A DNA stretch of 64,000 nucleotides, from the sequence record CP109674.1. The stretch is one strand, 5' to 3'. The position numbers and the translations under genes were made by a program. This stretch comes from a plasmid. Positions 18,867 to 28,783 of this stretch are shown here, one piece after another; the first letter of the stretch is position 1, and each line of letters opens with the position of its first letter. Under the pieces are notes generated by a model. That model was not told where the DNA came from and ran no database searches. It saw nothing but the letters and a program-made list of their open reading frames with translations.

Positions 18867-19670
18867 TTGAATCGAACTAATATTTTTTTTGGTGAATCGC
18901 ATTCTGACTGGTTGCCTGTCAGAGGCGGAGAATCTGGTGATTTTGTTTTTCGACGTGGTGACGGGCATGCCTTCGCGAAAATCGCACCTGCTTCCCGCCG
19001 CGGTGAGCTCGCTGGAGAGCGTGACCGCCTCATTTGGCTCAAAGGTCGAGGTGTGGCTTGCCCCGAGGTGATCAACTGGCAGGAGGAACAGGAGGGTGCA
19101 TGCTTGGTGATAACGGCAATTCCGGGAGTACCGGCGGCTGATCTGTCTGGAGCGGATTTGCTCAAAGCGTGGCCGTCAATGGGGCAGCAACTTGGCGCTG
19201 TTCACAGCCTATCGGTTGATCAATGTCCGTTTGAGCGCAGGCTGTCGCGAATGTTCGGACGCGCCGTTGATGTGGTGTCCCGCAATGCCGTCAATCCCGA
19301 CTTCTTACCGGACGAGGACAAGAGTACGCCGCAGCTCGATCTTTTGGCTCGTGTCGAACGAGAGCTACCGGTGCGGCTCGACCAAGAGCGCACCGATATG
19401 GTTGTTTGCCATGGTGATCCCTGCATGCCGAACTTCATGGTGGACCCTAAAACTCTTCAATGCACGGGTCTGATCGACCTTGGGCGGCTCGGAACAGCAG
19501 ATCGCTATGCCGATTTGGCACTCATGATTGCTAACGCCGAAGAGAACTGGGCAGCGCCAGATGAAGCAGAGCGCGCCTTCGCTGTCCTATTCAATGTATT
19601 GGGGATCGAAGCCCCCGACCGCGAACGCCTTGCCTTCTATCTGCGATTGGACCCTCTGACTTGGGGTTGA
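18867..19670 (+). CDS. strA: Aminoglycoside 3''-phosphotransferase APH(3'')-Ib (StrA); TTG start
   Basis: Product (L)NRTNIFFGESHSDWLPVRGGESGDFVFRRGDGHAFAKIAPASRRGELAGERDRLIWLKGRG... Confidence 0.93.
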   Translation: MNRTNIFFGESHSDWLPVRGGESGDFVFRRGDGHAFAKIAPASRRGELAGERDRLIWLKGRGVACPEVINWQEEQEGACLVITAIPGVPAADLSGADLLKAWPSMGQQLGAVHSLSVDQCPFERRLSRMFGRAVDVVSRNAVNPDFLPDEDKSTPQLDLLARVERELPVRLDQERTDMVVCHGDPCMPNFMVDPKTLQCTGLIDLGRLGTADRYADLALMIANAEENWAAPDEAERAFAVLFNVLGIEAPDRERLAFYLRLDPLTWG

Positions 19671-20506
19671 TGTTCATGCCGCCTGTTTTTCCTGCTCATT
19701 GGCACGTTTCGCAACCTGTTCTCATTGCGGACACCTTTTCCAGCCTCGTTTGGAAAGTTTCATTGCCAGACGGGACTCCTGCAATCGTCAAGGGATTGAA
19801 ACCTATAGAAGACATTGCTGATGAACTGCGCGGGGCCGACTATCTGGTATGGCGCAATGGGAGGGGAGCAGTCCGGTTGCTCGGTCGTGAGAACAATCTG
19901 ATGTTGCTCGAATATGCCGGGGAGCGAATGCTCTCTCACATCGTTGCCGAGCACGGCGACTACCAGGCGACCGAAATTGCAGCGGAACTAATGGCGAAGC
20001 TGTATGCCGCATCTGAGGAACCCCTGCCTTCTGCCCTTCTCCCGATCCGGGATCGCTTTGCAGCTTTGTTTCAGCGGGCGCGCGATGATCAAAACGCAGG
20101 TTGTCAAACTGACTACGTCCACGCGGCGATTATAGCCGATCAAATGATGAGCAATGCCTCGGAACTGCGTGGGCTACATGGCGATCTGCATCATGAAAAC
20201 ATCATGTTCTCCAGTCGCGGCTGGCTGGTGATAGATCCCGTCGGTCTGGTCGGTGAAGTGGGCTTTGGCGCCGCCAATATGTTCTACGATCCGGCTGACA
20301 GAGACGACCTTTGTCTCGATCCTAGACGCATTGCACAGATGGCGGACGCATTCTCTCGTGCGCTGGACGTCGATCCGCGTCGCCTGCTCGACCAGGCGTA
20401 CGCTTATGGGTGCCTTTCCGCAGCTTGGAACGCGGATGGAGAAGAGGAGCAACGCGATCTAGCTATCGCGGCCGCGATCAAGCAGGTGCGACAGACGTCA
20501 TACTAG
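19670..20506 (+). CDS. strB: Aminoglycoside 6-phosphotransferase APH(6)-Id (StrB)
   Basis: Product MFMPPVFPAHWHVSQPVLIADTFSSLVWKVSLPDGTPAIVKGLKPIEDIADELRGADYLVWRNG... (278 aa); overlaps the end of strA. Confidence 0.93.
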   Translation: MFMPPVFPAHWHVSQPVLIADTFSSLVWKVSLPDGTPAIVKGLKPIEDIADELRGADYLVWRNGRGAVRLLGRENNLMLLEYAGERMLSHIVAEHGDYQATEIAAELMAKLYAASEEPLPSALLPIRDRFAALFQRARDDQNAGCQTDYVHAAIIADQMMSNASELRGLHGDLHHENIMFSSRGWLVIDPVGLVGEVGFGAANMFYDPADRDDLCLDPRRIAQMADAFSRALDVDPRRLLDQAYAYGCLSAAWNADGEEEQRDLAIAAAIKQVRQTSY

Positions 20507-20531
20507 ATATCAAGCGACTTCTCCTATCCCC

Positions 20532-20612
20532 TGGGAACACATCAATCTTACCGGAGAATATCGTTGGCCAAAGCCTTAGCGTAGGATTTCGCCCTCTCCC
20601 GCAAACGACCCC
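20532..20612 (-). repeat. IR-Tn5393: Tn5393 81-bp terminal inverted repeat (IRR) downstream of strB
   Basis: The reverse complement reads GGGGTCGTTTGCGGGAGAGGGCGAAATCCTACGCTAAGGCTTTGGCCAACGATATTCTCCGG... Confidence 0.8.
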
Positions 20613-20686
20613 TAAAAGCCGTTTCCTCTGTATAAAAGATCAGCTAAATTATGTGTATTGCACAATACATATATGTGAGGTTAGCA

Positions 20687-21478
20687 GTGAATTTGCCTAC
20701 GCCCGAAACCTACGATGAACTTCAGAGAGCCTACGATTTTTTCAATGAGAAGCTATTCAGCAACGAGCTGCCGCCATGCCTGATAACGTTGCAGCGTGAG
20801 AAGCGAACGTATGGCTATTGTTCCTTTAAGCGTTTCGTCGGCCGTGAGAGTGGGTACACGGTAGACGAGATCGCTATGAATCCGGTGTATTTCTCGATCA
20901 GAACCATAAAGGCCACGCTTTCAACACTGGTGCATGAGATGGTTCATCAGTGGCAATTCCATTTTGGCGAGCCTGGCCGCCGTGGCTATCACAACAAACA
21001 GTGGGCGGCCCGGATGGAACGGGTAGGACTAATGCCTTCTGATACCGGCGAACCGGGAGGCAGGAAAGTGGGCCAGAGCATGACCCATTATATTATTGCC
21101 GGTGGCCCTTTCGATATGGCCTGTGATGAACTGCTGACAGGCCATTTCCAGCTTTCCTGGATGGACAGGTTTCCGCCTTACCAGCCTAAGCCTGGCGCTG
21201 TGCTAAGCCCTACAGGAAAAGGCTATATTGACGACGAGGAAGATGATAGCGAACACGAACAGGAGGTGGAGGAAGGGCGCGACCCGGTTGAACTCGACGA
21301 CGAGATCATAGAGGCCATGCGATTTGTAACCCCACCGCCTGAAGCACCGGTGAACAAAACAAACCGGGAAAAGTACAGCTGCCCGGTGTGTCATATCAAT
21401 CTCTGGGGTAAACCGGGGATAGTGGTTTACTGTGGTGGCGAGCACTGTAATAAAGCCGCGTTAGTAGTCTTAAAATAA
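20687..21478 (+). CDS. SprT-like zinc-metallopeptidase-domain protein (HExxH); GTG start
   Basis: VNLPTPETYDELQRAYDFFNEKLF...LVHEMVHQWQFHFGEPGRRGYHNKQW, with C-terminal Cys pairs (zinc ribbon). RBS gagg upstream of the GTG. Confidence 0.6.
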   Translation: MNLPTPETYDELQRAYDFFNEKLFSNELPPCLITLQREKRTYGYCSFKRFVGRESGYTVDEIAMNPVYFSIRTIKATLSTLVHEMVHQWQFHFGEPGRRGYHNKQWAARMERVGLMPSDTGEPGGRKVGQSMTHYIIAGGPFDMACDELLTGHFQLSWMDRFPPYQPKPGAVLSPTGKGYIDDEEDDSEHEQEVEEGRDPVELDDEIIEAMRFVTPPPEAPVNKTNREKYSCPVCHINLWGKPGIVVYCGGEHCNKAALVVLK

Positions 21479-21481
21479 AGT

Positions 21482-21501
21482 CCTTTCGGACTTTATTTTT
21501 T
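21482..21501. terminator. Bidirectional rho-independent terminator between convergent genes
   Basis: Hairpin aaagtcc-tttc-ggacttt followed by a T-run. Confidence 0.6.
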
Positions 21502-21834
21502 TTCCATTTCCGAGGTCGTGATGTTATTAATGCTGTACTTCGCGGCTTCTTTTAAAACAGTTTCAGCAAGGCTTGCTGGTATCCAGACCTGAACTAATTT
21601 TAATGGTTCGCCGTTCTCGGCTTTAAGAGTGGTGTTCTGGTACAAATCCCAGATTCGCTTAACGGTGCTGGAAATGTTTTGCTTGGAACGGCCTACTCGC
21701 GTGGCTACGTCTGATGATTTCTCACCTTTGACAAGCACGGAATAGCCAATATCTGTTGTGATGTGTGCAAAGGAAGCCATTTGCGGCAGCAGCTGTTTCC
21801 ATTCTGTTTCTGAAATTCTGTTTTTCTGAGCCAT
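21493..21834 (-). CDS. KorA/TrfB-family-like small transcriptional regulator
   Basis: MAQKNRISETEWKQLLPQMASFAHITTDIGYSVLVKGEKSSDVATRVGRSKQNISSTVKRIWDLYQ shows an HTH pattern similar to KorA. Confidence 0.45.
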   Translation of the reverse strand: MAQKNRISETEWKQLLPQMASFAHITTDIGYSVLVKGEKSSDVATRVGRSKQNISSTVKRIWDLYQNTTLKAENGEPLKLVQVWIPASLAETVLKEAAKYSINNITTSEMEKK

Positions 21835-22237
21835 CTGTGGCGCCTCCGTAGTTTTGGTTACAGAAAGGATATACTCAGAATAAACAGGGGTCAATACAAG
21901 TACGATTTTTATAAACTTTATTTTATTTGAGGGTGAGGCCCGGTGCGGCAGCAGCGCGGGCCTCGATGGTGCCGCGAAGGTGCTGGCGCCATGCTCGGAT
22001 TAAAACATGAACCGTGAAGAACTGCGAAACTTGTTTTCGCGGTTCTGAGGGGTTGACCGAGCCGCGAAGCGGCGCTGGTAAGCGATGATATGCACATATC
22101 CACAGGCATATTTTTAAAAGGTATTTTATAGATTTTTTATCTTTTTAAAGTCTTTTAGAGCTATATAACTAATTGATTTAAAATCATAAATAAGTGTTAT
22201 CTCTGGGAATCCGCCCACCTTGTTATGGGAATTGGCC

Positions 22238-23057
22238 GGCACTGTTGCAAAGTTAGCGATGAGGCAGCCTTTTGTCTTATTCAAAGGCCTTACATTTCAA
22301 AAACTCTGCTTACCAGGCGCATTTCGCCCAGGGGATCACCATAATAAAATGCTGAGGCCTGGCCTTTGCGTAGTGCACGCATCACCTCAATACCTTTGAT
22401 GGTGGCGTAAGCCGTCTTCATGGATTTAAATCCCAGCGTGGCGCCGATTATCCGTTTCAGTTTGCCATGATCGCATTCAATCACGTTGTTCCGGTACTTA
22501 ATCTGTCGGTGTTCAACGTCAGACGGGCACCGGCCTTCGCGTTTGAGCAGAGCAAGCGCGCGACCATAGGCGGGCGCTTTATCCGTGTTGATGAATCGCG
22601 GGATCTGCCACTTCTTCACGTTGTTGAGGATTTTACCCAGAAACCGGTATGCAGCTTTGCTGTTACGACGGGAGGAGAGATAAAAATCGACAGTGCGGCC
22701 CCGGCTGTCGACGGCCCGGTACAGATACGCCCAGCGGCCATTGACCTTCACGTAGGTTTCATCCATGTGCCACGGGCAAAGATCGGAAGGGTTACGCCAG
22801 TACCAGCGCAGCCGTTTTTCCATTTCAGGCGCATAACGCTGAACCCAGCGGTAAATCGTGGAGTGATCGACATTCACTCCGCGTTCAGCCAGCATCTCCT
22901 GCAGCTCACGGTAACTGATGCCGTATTTGCAGTACCAGCGTACGGCCCACAGAATGATGTCACGCTGAAAATGCCGGCCTTTGAATGGGTTCATGTGCAG
23001 CTCCATCAGCAAAAGGGGATGATAAGTTTATCACCACCGACTATTTGCAACAGTGCC
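22238..23057 (-). mobile_element. IS26: IS26 copy 2, 820 bp, in the same orientation as copy 1
   Basis: GGCACTGTTGCAAA at both ends. Flanks aattggcc and tctactct do not match, so there is no target-site duplication. Confidence 0.95.
22290..22994 (-). CDS. tnpA26: IS26 transposase Tnp26
   Basis: Identical to copy 1. Confidence 0.95.
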   Translation of the reverse strand: MNPFKGRHFQRDIILWAVRWYCKYGISYRELQEMLAERGVNVDHSTIYRWVQRYAPEMEKRLRWYWRNPSDLCPWHMDETYVKVNGRWAYLYRAVDSRGRTVDFYLSSRRNSKAAYRFLGKILNNVKKWQIPRFINTDKAPAYGRALALLKREGRCPSDVEHRQIKYRNNVIECDHGKLKRIIGATLGFKSMKTAYATIKGIEVMRALRKGQASAFYYGDPLGEMRLVSRVFEM

Positions 23058-23159
23058 TCTACTCTTGCCACAGGTTTACGAGTAGGTGATTTGGGAGGAA
23101 GCGTCTTAGCCTTTGAAGTTGGCGCGAAGGAGAGAATGGCACTCCGTGCAACGCATTAA

Positions 23160-23636
23160 TTACCGCGGATATCCGCCATCACCTACTTGCGCCTGTGTGT
23201 ACCATTTCATCAGCTCTGCAGTTCCCGGCTCGTTTTCGGCGGGGGCCCATGGGGCGGCATCTTGATCAGCAACAGGCTGGTACCTACCGTGTTTTACCTC
23301 AAAAATAACGCCGCCTTCATCCAGTGACAATACGGTATGCCAGGTGCCTGCATCCATCTCCAGCACTTTACAGTCCTCACCTAACACGACGCGCTGGGTC
23401 AGGTTACCCAGGTCATCAAAGTTCAATACCAAAAAGCGACCGGTAAGGGATGTCAGCAGTTCAAAAGTATGCGGGTGGCGATGAGGGCGAACATAAGTTC
23501 CCGGTTCCATAGCAATAGCCAGACGCTGCACCGGGTCGCTCAATTCAGGGTGGAAATTATGATGGGCACGTAAGCGGGGGGAATTTGCGGCTTGTGCGCT
23601 TTGCTTGCGTAGGTCGTTGAAAGTAAGTTGTTTCAT
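23160..23636 (-). CDS. wbuC: WbuC-family cupin-fold protein, the canonical downstream partner of mcr-9
   Basis: Product MKQLTFNDLRKQSAQAANSPRLRAHHNFHPELSDPVQRLAIAMEPGTYVRPHRHPHTFEL... Confidence 0.85.
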   Translation of the reverse strand: MKQLTFNDLRKQSAQAANSPRLRAHHNFHPELSDPVQRLAIAMEPGTYVRPHRHPHTFELLTSLTGRFLVLNFDDLGNLTQRVVLGEDCKVLEMDAGTWHTVLSLDEGGVIFEVKHGRYQPVADQDAAPWAPAENEPGTAELMKWYTQAQVGDGGYPR

Positions 23637-23712
23637 ATTATAAGCCTTATTGCATTCTTGCAGCTTACGGCAACCAGGTTGCCGTAAGGCTTTTTGTTAT
23701 ACTAACAATCGA

Positions 23713-25332
23713 TTAGCCACGGCATTCGCGGAACAAATCGCGGTCAGGATTATAGACGCTGGTGCTTACGTCCCACAGCCCCAAAATCGATGAGAACAGG
23801 TTGTCGTGGGAATATGATTTTTTCGCCGCATTATTTTCAAGGCAAGACATGTTGATGTGTTTCCCGGCGATAAAGCCCGGTGACATCCAGACCTGCATCG
23901 GAATATGCGTCTGCTGATCCGGTGCCAGTTTGTACGGCGTGCCGTGCAGATATAGCCCGCTTTCGCCCAATGATTCACCATGATCGGACACATAAAGCAG
24001 CACGGTGTTGTACTGATCGCTGTAATTTTTTAGCTTTTCAATCATCTCAGCTAATACATAGTCTGTATAACGAAGGGTGTTGTCGTAGGTGTTGACCAAT
24101 TGTTCCTGAGTACAGTTTTCGATATCGCTACGTGCACATTCGGGCATGAAGTGGCGATGCTCAGCCGGATAACGCAGGTAATAAGTCGGTCCATGGCTGC
24201 CAATGATATGGAAGGCGACAAGCTTATCACCTGGCATTTTGGCGATTTCATCATCAAGGTTTTCCAGCATCACCTCGTCATGGCACGTTTTGCCATCGCA
24301 CAGTTTCGGGTTATCACTAGGCTTAATTTCGACAGTCGGGATGCGGCTACATACGCCTTTACAACCGCCATCGTTCTCTTTCCATAACAGCGAGACACCG
24401 GTTTTCTGCACGATGTCGAGGAAATTTTCACTGTTAGATGCTTTTTTACTGTCGTACTCGGTGCGATTCATATTCGAGAACATGCACGGAACGGATATTG
24501 CGGTAGCGGTACCGCAGGAATGCATATTTTTAAACGAAATAACGCCGCCGGATTTGCTGGTAAAGGCATTGGTATCACGCGAATAACCGTTCATCGAGAA
24601 ATTCTGGCTGCGTGCCGTTTCGCCAATCACCAGGAACATCAGCGTGGGTTTTTCGTGAGCGACGACGCGTTTAGCATCATTCCCCAGCGTCTGGAAAGGC
24701 ACTTTAGTCGTAAAGTACGTATCCTTAACATACTGGAAAGTGCTGTAAGCGTAGTTCGCCGGGATGATCTCTTTATTCAATGTCGAGTTATTGCGGCCGA
24801 CAGAGGCATAATCCTGATAATAAAGTGCGGCAACACCTGCAATCAAACTCAACGATGCCAGCACGGAGAGCAAACGGTAAGCAATGCCTTTATACCATTT
24901 TTCAGGATATTGAATTTTTATTGAAAAAAGGAGGATGGCAGGAAGGATACCGGTAAAGACGAACCATATAATAATTGAGCCATTAAGATAGGAATGCGCT
25001 TCCTGGGGGTTAGTTTCAATAATGTTTTGAATCATCGTTTGATCAAACATTACTTTATATTTTAGTGTCGAATAACTGACCAGTGAGCCAGTGATAAACA
25101 GTAAAGCAAAGAAAGGTTTCAGCAGAAAACGAACTGAGAAAGGCATAAAAACAACGTTAAGCGCCGCAACCAGAACAAAGGGAATAGAAATGACAAAACC
25201 AATTTTGACATGCTCTAAATGCGACAAAATCTCGTAAAAATGCAGCAATATTGGCCAGTTAAGTAAAAACGCAAAGATCATTGCCAGAAGTAAAACCAGC
25301 GGAATAACTTTCACCCTGAAAAGTACAGGCAT
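23713..25332 (-). CDS. mcr-9: Phosphoethanolamine--lipid A transferase MCR-9 (colistin-resistance determinant)
   Basis: 539-aa product MPVLFRVKVIPLVLLLAMIFAFLLNWPILLHFYEILSHLEHVKIGFVISIPF... with a sulfatase domain. The ORF track adds 12 upstream codons. Confidence 0.92.
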   Translation of the reverse strand: MPVLFRVKVIPLVLLLAMIFAFLLNWPILLHFYEILSHLEHVKIGFVISIPFVLVAALNVVFMPFSVRFLLKPFFALLFITGSLVSYSTLKYKVMFDQTMIQNIIETNPQEAHSYLNGSIIIWFVFTGILPAILLFSIKIQYPEKWYKGIAYRLLSVLASLSLIAGVAALYYQDYASVGRNNSTLNKEIIPANYAYSTFQYVKDTYFTTKVPFQTLGNDAKRVVAHEKPTLMFLVIGETARSQNFSMNGYSRDTNAFTSKSGGVISFKNMHSCGTATAISVPCMFSNMNRTEYDSKKASNSENFLDIVQKTGVSLLWKENDGGCKGVCSRIPTVEIKPSDNPKLCDGKTCHDEVMLENLDDEIAKMPGDKLVAFHIIGSHGPTYYLRYPAEHRHFMPECARSDIENCTQEQLVNTYDNTLRYTDYVLAEMIEKLKNYSDQYNTVLLYVSDHGESLGESGLYLHGTPYKLAPDQQTHIPMQVWMSPGFIAGKHINMSCLENNAAKKSYSHDNLFSSILGLWDVSTSVYNPDRDLFRECRG

Positions 25333-25464
25333 TAACACCTCCGGAAAATAGTAAACCAGTAAAAACATTGATGATAATTACAACAATTCAATCTAATATT
25401 ATGATTGCCTTATTCGCTGCAAAGCAGAGATTATCATTCTGAAATCTTAGGTTAACCTTAACGA

Positions 25465-26521
25465 GGCTTTGTTGAATAAATCAGATTTCGGGTAAGTCTC
25501 CCCCGTAGCGGGTTGTGTTTTCAGGCAATACGCACGCTTTCAGGCATACCTGCTTTCGTCATTTTGTTCAGCGCTCGTACCAGGGCCATAGCCTCCGCAA
25601 CCTGACCATCGTAGTCACGCAGCGTCAGTGAACCCCCGAACAGCTGTTTTACCCGGTACATCGCCGTTTCCGCTATCGAGCGACGGTTGTAATCTGTTGT
25701 CCATTTCCACCGCGCATTACTCCCGGTCATTCGCTGATTAGCCACTGCACGGTTACGGTCTGCATATTCACCGGGCCAGTAACCCGCACCTTTTCGGGGA
25801 GGGATAAGCGCGCTGATTTTCTTATGCCGCAGTTCATCGTGACATAGCCGGGTATCGTAAGCGCCATCGGCGGCGGCTGACCTGATTTTCCGGTGGGTTT
25901 GCCGGATTAACCCGGGGAAGGCCTCTGAGTCCGTAACGTTGTTCAGCGACAGGTCAGCGCAGATGATTTCATGTGTTTTACTGTCAACGGCGAGATGCAG
26001 CTTACGCCAGATACGGCGGCGTTCCTGGCCATGCTTTTTGACTTTCCACTCGCCTTCACCGAAGACCTTCAGCCCGGTGGAATCAATTACCAGGTGTGCG
26101 ATTTCACCCCGGGTGGGCGTTTTGAAACTGACATTAACCGACTTTGCCCGCCTGCTGACACAGCTGTAATCCGGGCAGCGTAGCGGAACGTTCATCAGAG
26201 AAAAAATGGAATCAATAAAGCCCTGCGCAGCGCGCAGGGTCAGCCTGAATACGCGTTTAATGACCAGCACAGTCGTGATGGCAAGGTCAGAATAGCGCTG
26301 AGGTCTGCCTCGTGAAGAAGGCGCTGCCGACTCATACCAGGCCTGAATAGCTTCATCATCCAGCCAGAAAGTTATGGAGCCACGGTTGATGAGGGCTTTA
26401 TTGTAGGTGGGCCAGTTGGTGATTTTGAACTTTTGCTTTGCCACGGAACGGTCTGCGTTGTCGGGAAGATGCGTGATCTGATCCTTCAACTCAGCAAAAG
26501 TTCGATTTATTCAACAAAGCC
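25465..26521 (-). mobile_element. IS903B: IS903B copy A (IS5 family, 1057 bp, IR GGCTTTGTTGAATAAATC)
   Basis: 18-bp inverted repeats at both ends. Lies upstream of mcr-9, as in the canonical context. Confidence 0.9.
25521..26444 (-). CDS. tnpA: IS903 transposase (307 aa)
   Basis: Product ...VAKQKFKITNWPTYNKALINRGSITFWLDDEAIQAWYES... Confidence 0.9.
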   Translation of the reverse strand: MAKQKFKITNWPTYNKALINRGSITFWLDDEAIQAWYESAAPSSRGRPQRYSDLAITTVLVIKRVFRLTLRAAQGFIDSIFSLMNVPLRCPDYSCVSRRAKSVNVSFKTPTRGEIAHLVIDSTGLKVFGEGEWKVKKHGQERRRIWRKLHLAVDSKTHEIICADLSLNNVTDSEAFPGLIRQTHRKIRSAAADGAYDTRLCHDELRHKKISALIPPRKGAGYWPGEYADRNRAVANQRMTGSNARWKWTTDYNRRSIAETAMYRVKQLFGGSLTLRDYDGQVAEAMALVRALNKMTKAGMPESVRIA

Positions 26522-27874
26522 GCGGTGATGCTTACGGTATGGTGGTTATCAAGTTTTATCCTGATTAGCACCCTTAATGGCTATTTCGATAATCAGGACC
26601 GCGATTTTCTGACAGGTAAACTTCAGCTCACCGAAGAGTTTCTTAAAACAGAGACGTTCCGGAACAAAACGGATATTAAGTCATTATCAGAAAAAATAAA
26701 CGATGCGATGGTAGGGCACAATGGTTTATTCATTTCTATAAAAAACATGGAAAATGAAAAAATTGTTGAACTCTATGCCAAAAATTCTGTTGTTCCAGCG
26801 GTCCTGCTTAATAAGTCGGGTGATATTCTCGACTATATGATCCAGACGGAAGAAAATAACACCGTGTACCGCAGTATCTCGCGGCGGGTTGCCGTGACGC
26901 CGGAACAGGGTAAAAGCAAACATGTCATCATTACGGTTGCCACGGATACTGGGTATCACACCCTGTTTATGGATAAGCTCAGTACCTGGCTGTTCTGGTT
27001 CAATATCGGTCTGGTCTTTATTTCTGTTTTTCTGGGCTGGCTGACCACACGTATTGGTCTGAAACCGCTACGGGAAATGACCAGTCTGGCTTCCTCCATG
27101 ACCGTACACAGCCTGGATCAGCGTCTTAATCCCGATTTGGCTCCGCCGGAAATTTCTGAGACCATGCAGGAGTTCAATAACATGTTCGATCGCCTGGAGG
27201 GGTCATTCCGGAAACTGTCAGATTTCTCGTCTGACATCGCGCATGAGCTGCGCACAGCGGTCAGTAATCTGATGATGCAGACGCAGTTTGCACTGGCTAA
27301 GGAAAGGGATGTTTCGCATTACCGCGAAATCTTATTCGCTTACCTGGAAGAACTGAAAAGGTTGTCACGAATGACCAGTGATATGCTTTTTCTGGCACGT
27401 TCAGAGCATGGTCTGCTGCAGCTGGATAAACATGATGTGGATCTGGCCGCCGAACTGAATGAATTACGTGAGCTGTTCGAGCCTCTGGCAGACGAAACAG
27501 GAAAGACAATCACCGTTGAAGGAGAGGGCGTTGTTGCCGGAGACAGCGATATGCTGCGACGTGCTTTCAGTAACCTGCTTTCCAATGCAATCAAGTATTC
27601 TCCCGATAACACCTGTACAGCGATACACCTTGAGCGTGACAGTGACTGTGTGAACGTGATGATTACGAATACGATGTCCGGCCAGGTTCCCGCTAATCTG
27701 GAACGTTTGTTTGATCGGTTCTATCGAGCTGATTCATCAAGGGTCCACAACACGGAAGGCGCGGGGCTGGGATTATCAATTACAAGGTCGATCATTCATG
27801 CTCATGGCGGCGAGCTGTCAGCAGAACAGCAGGGGCGGGAAATTGTGTTCAGTGTGCGCCTGTTAATGGATTAA
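26522..27874 (+). pseudogene. pcoS: PcoS-like copper sensor histidine kinase, N-terminally truncated by IS903B; H-box reads HELRTAV instead of HELRTPV
   Basis: Compared with the complete PcoS at 59518-60918, about 17 N-terminal aa are missing, and it is about 98% identical over the rest. Confidence 0.8.
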
Positions 27875-28058
27875 TCCCGTTCTTCAGGAGAAACCTGGAA
27901 GGTGACAAAATTGTCATCATTCAGTCACGCGATAAACAGAGGCGGTTTTTTATAATCATACATAAATCAGGAGCAGAGTGATAACGCAATCGCCTGGTTC
28001 CTGGAGTGATGAATAACCCGCCCTGAGATCAAATGCTTTCTCTGTTATAAGCCGTTGA

Positions 28059-28526
28059 TTGTTTGGGTATGAAAACACCGGAGACCCAACCATGAAAAAG
28101 ATCCTTGTATCATTTGTTGCCATTATGGCTGTCGCTTCATCCGCCATGGCTGCAGAGACAATGAACATGCATGACCAGGTAAATAATGCCCAGGCACCCG
28201 CCCATCAGATGCAGTCAACCTCTGAAAAAAGCGCTGTTCAGGGAGACAGTATGACAATGATGGATATGAGCGGACACGATCAGGCTGCAATGTCCCATGA
28301 AATGATGCAAAACGGCAACGCTTCTGCCCACCAGGACATGGCGGAGATGCATAAAAAAATGATGAAAGGCAAACCAGGGGCCACCAACGAATCAGCAACG
28401 TCATTTTCAGAAATGAACGAGCATGAAAAAGCCGCTGTTGTGCACGAGAAGGCGAATAATGGTCAGTCTTCCGTTATTCATCAGCAGCAGGCTGAAAAGC
28501 ATCGCAGCCAGATCACCCAGAATTAA
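28059..28526 (+). CDS. pcoE: PcoE-like periplasmic copper-binding protein (divergent copy)
   Basis: Product MKKILVSFVAIMAVASSAMAAETMNMHDQVNNAQAPAHQMQS..., rich in Met and His. About 90% identical to the copy at 58868-59335. Confidence 0.85.
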   Translation: MFGYENTGDPTMKKILVSFVAIMAVASSAMAAETMNMHDQVNNAQAPAHQMQSTSEKSAVQGDSMTMMDMSGHDQAAMSHEMMQNGNASAHQDMAEMHKKMMKGKPGATNESATSFSEMNEHEKAAVVHEKANNGQSSVIHQQQAEKHRSQITQN

Positions 28527-28576
28527 CCCGCAGCTCCACTTGTTAGACCCTCATTTGACGCCGAAGTCACTGGCTT

Positions 28577-28612
28577 ACGCTCCCGTCCGGGAGCGTTTTT
28601 TTTATTCTTTCA
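28577..28612 (+). terminator. Rho-independent terminator after pcoE
   Basis: Hairpin acgctcccg-tcc-gggagcgt followed by T8. Confidence 0.7.
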
Positions 28613-28783
28613 TTTATCATTGAGTCTTATGGGAATGGATTTAATCAGTTACTTAATCCCTGCCTCAGCAACAAGTCCCGGAAAGAGCAGCTTTATATTC
28701 CGGGTTTTTCTGCTCATAACCTCAACGGTGGCGCTTAGGATGTACTTTGTAAGTACCCAGAGTGTGTGTCATCAGTACCGGTG

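Noticed and set aside
19661-19670. strB alternative TTG start giving MGLMFMPP
   Set aside because: StrB begins MFMPPVFPAHW, and the ATG 9 bp downstream is the accepted start.
21918-22109. 63-aa minus-strand ORF in the AT-rich spacer before IS26 copy 2
   Set aside because: No RBS and low-complexity sequence, probably promoter or spacer DNA.
23713-25368. 551-aa version of the mcr-9 ORF
   Set aside because: MCR-9 is 539 aa starting MPVLFRVKV; the upstream 12 codons lack an RBS.
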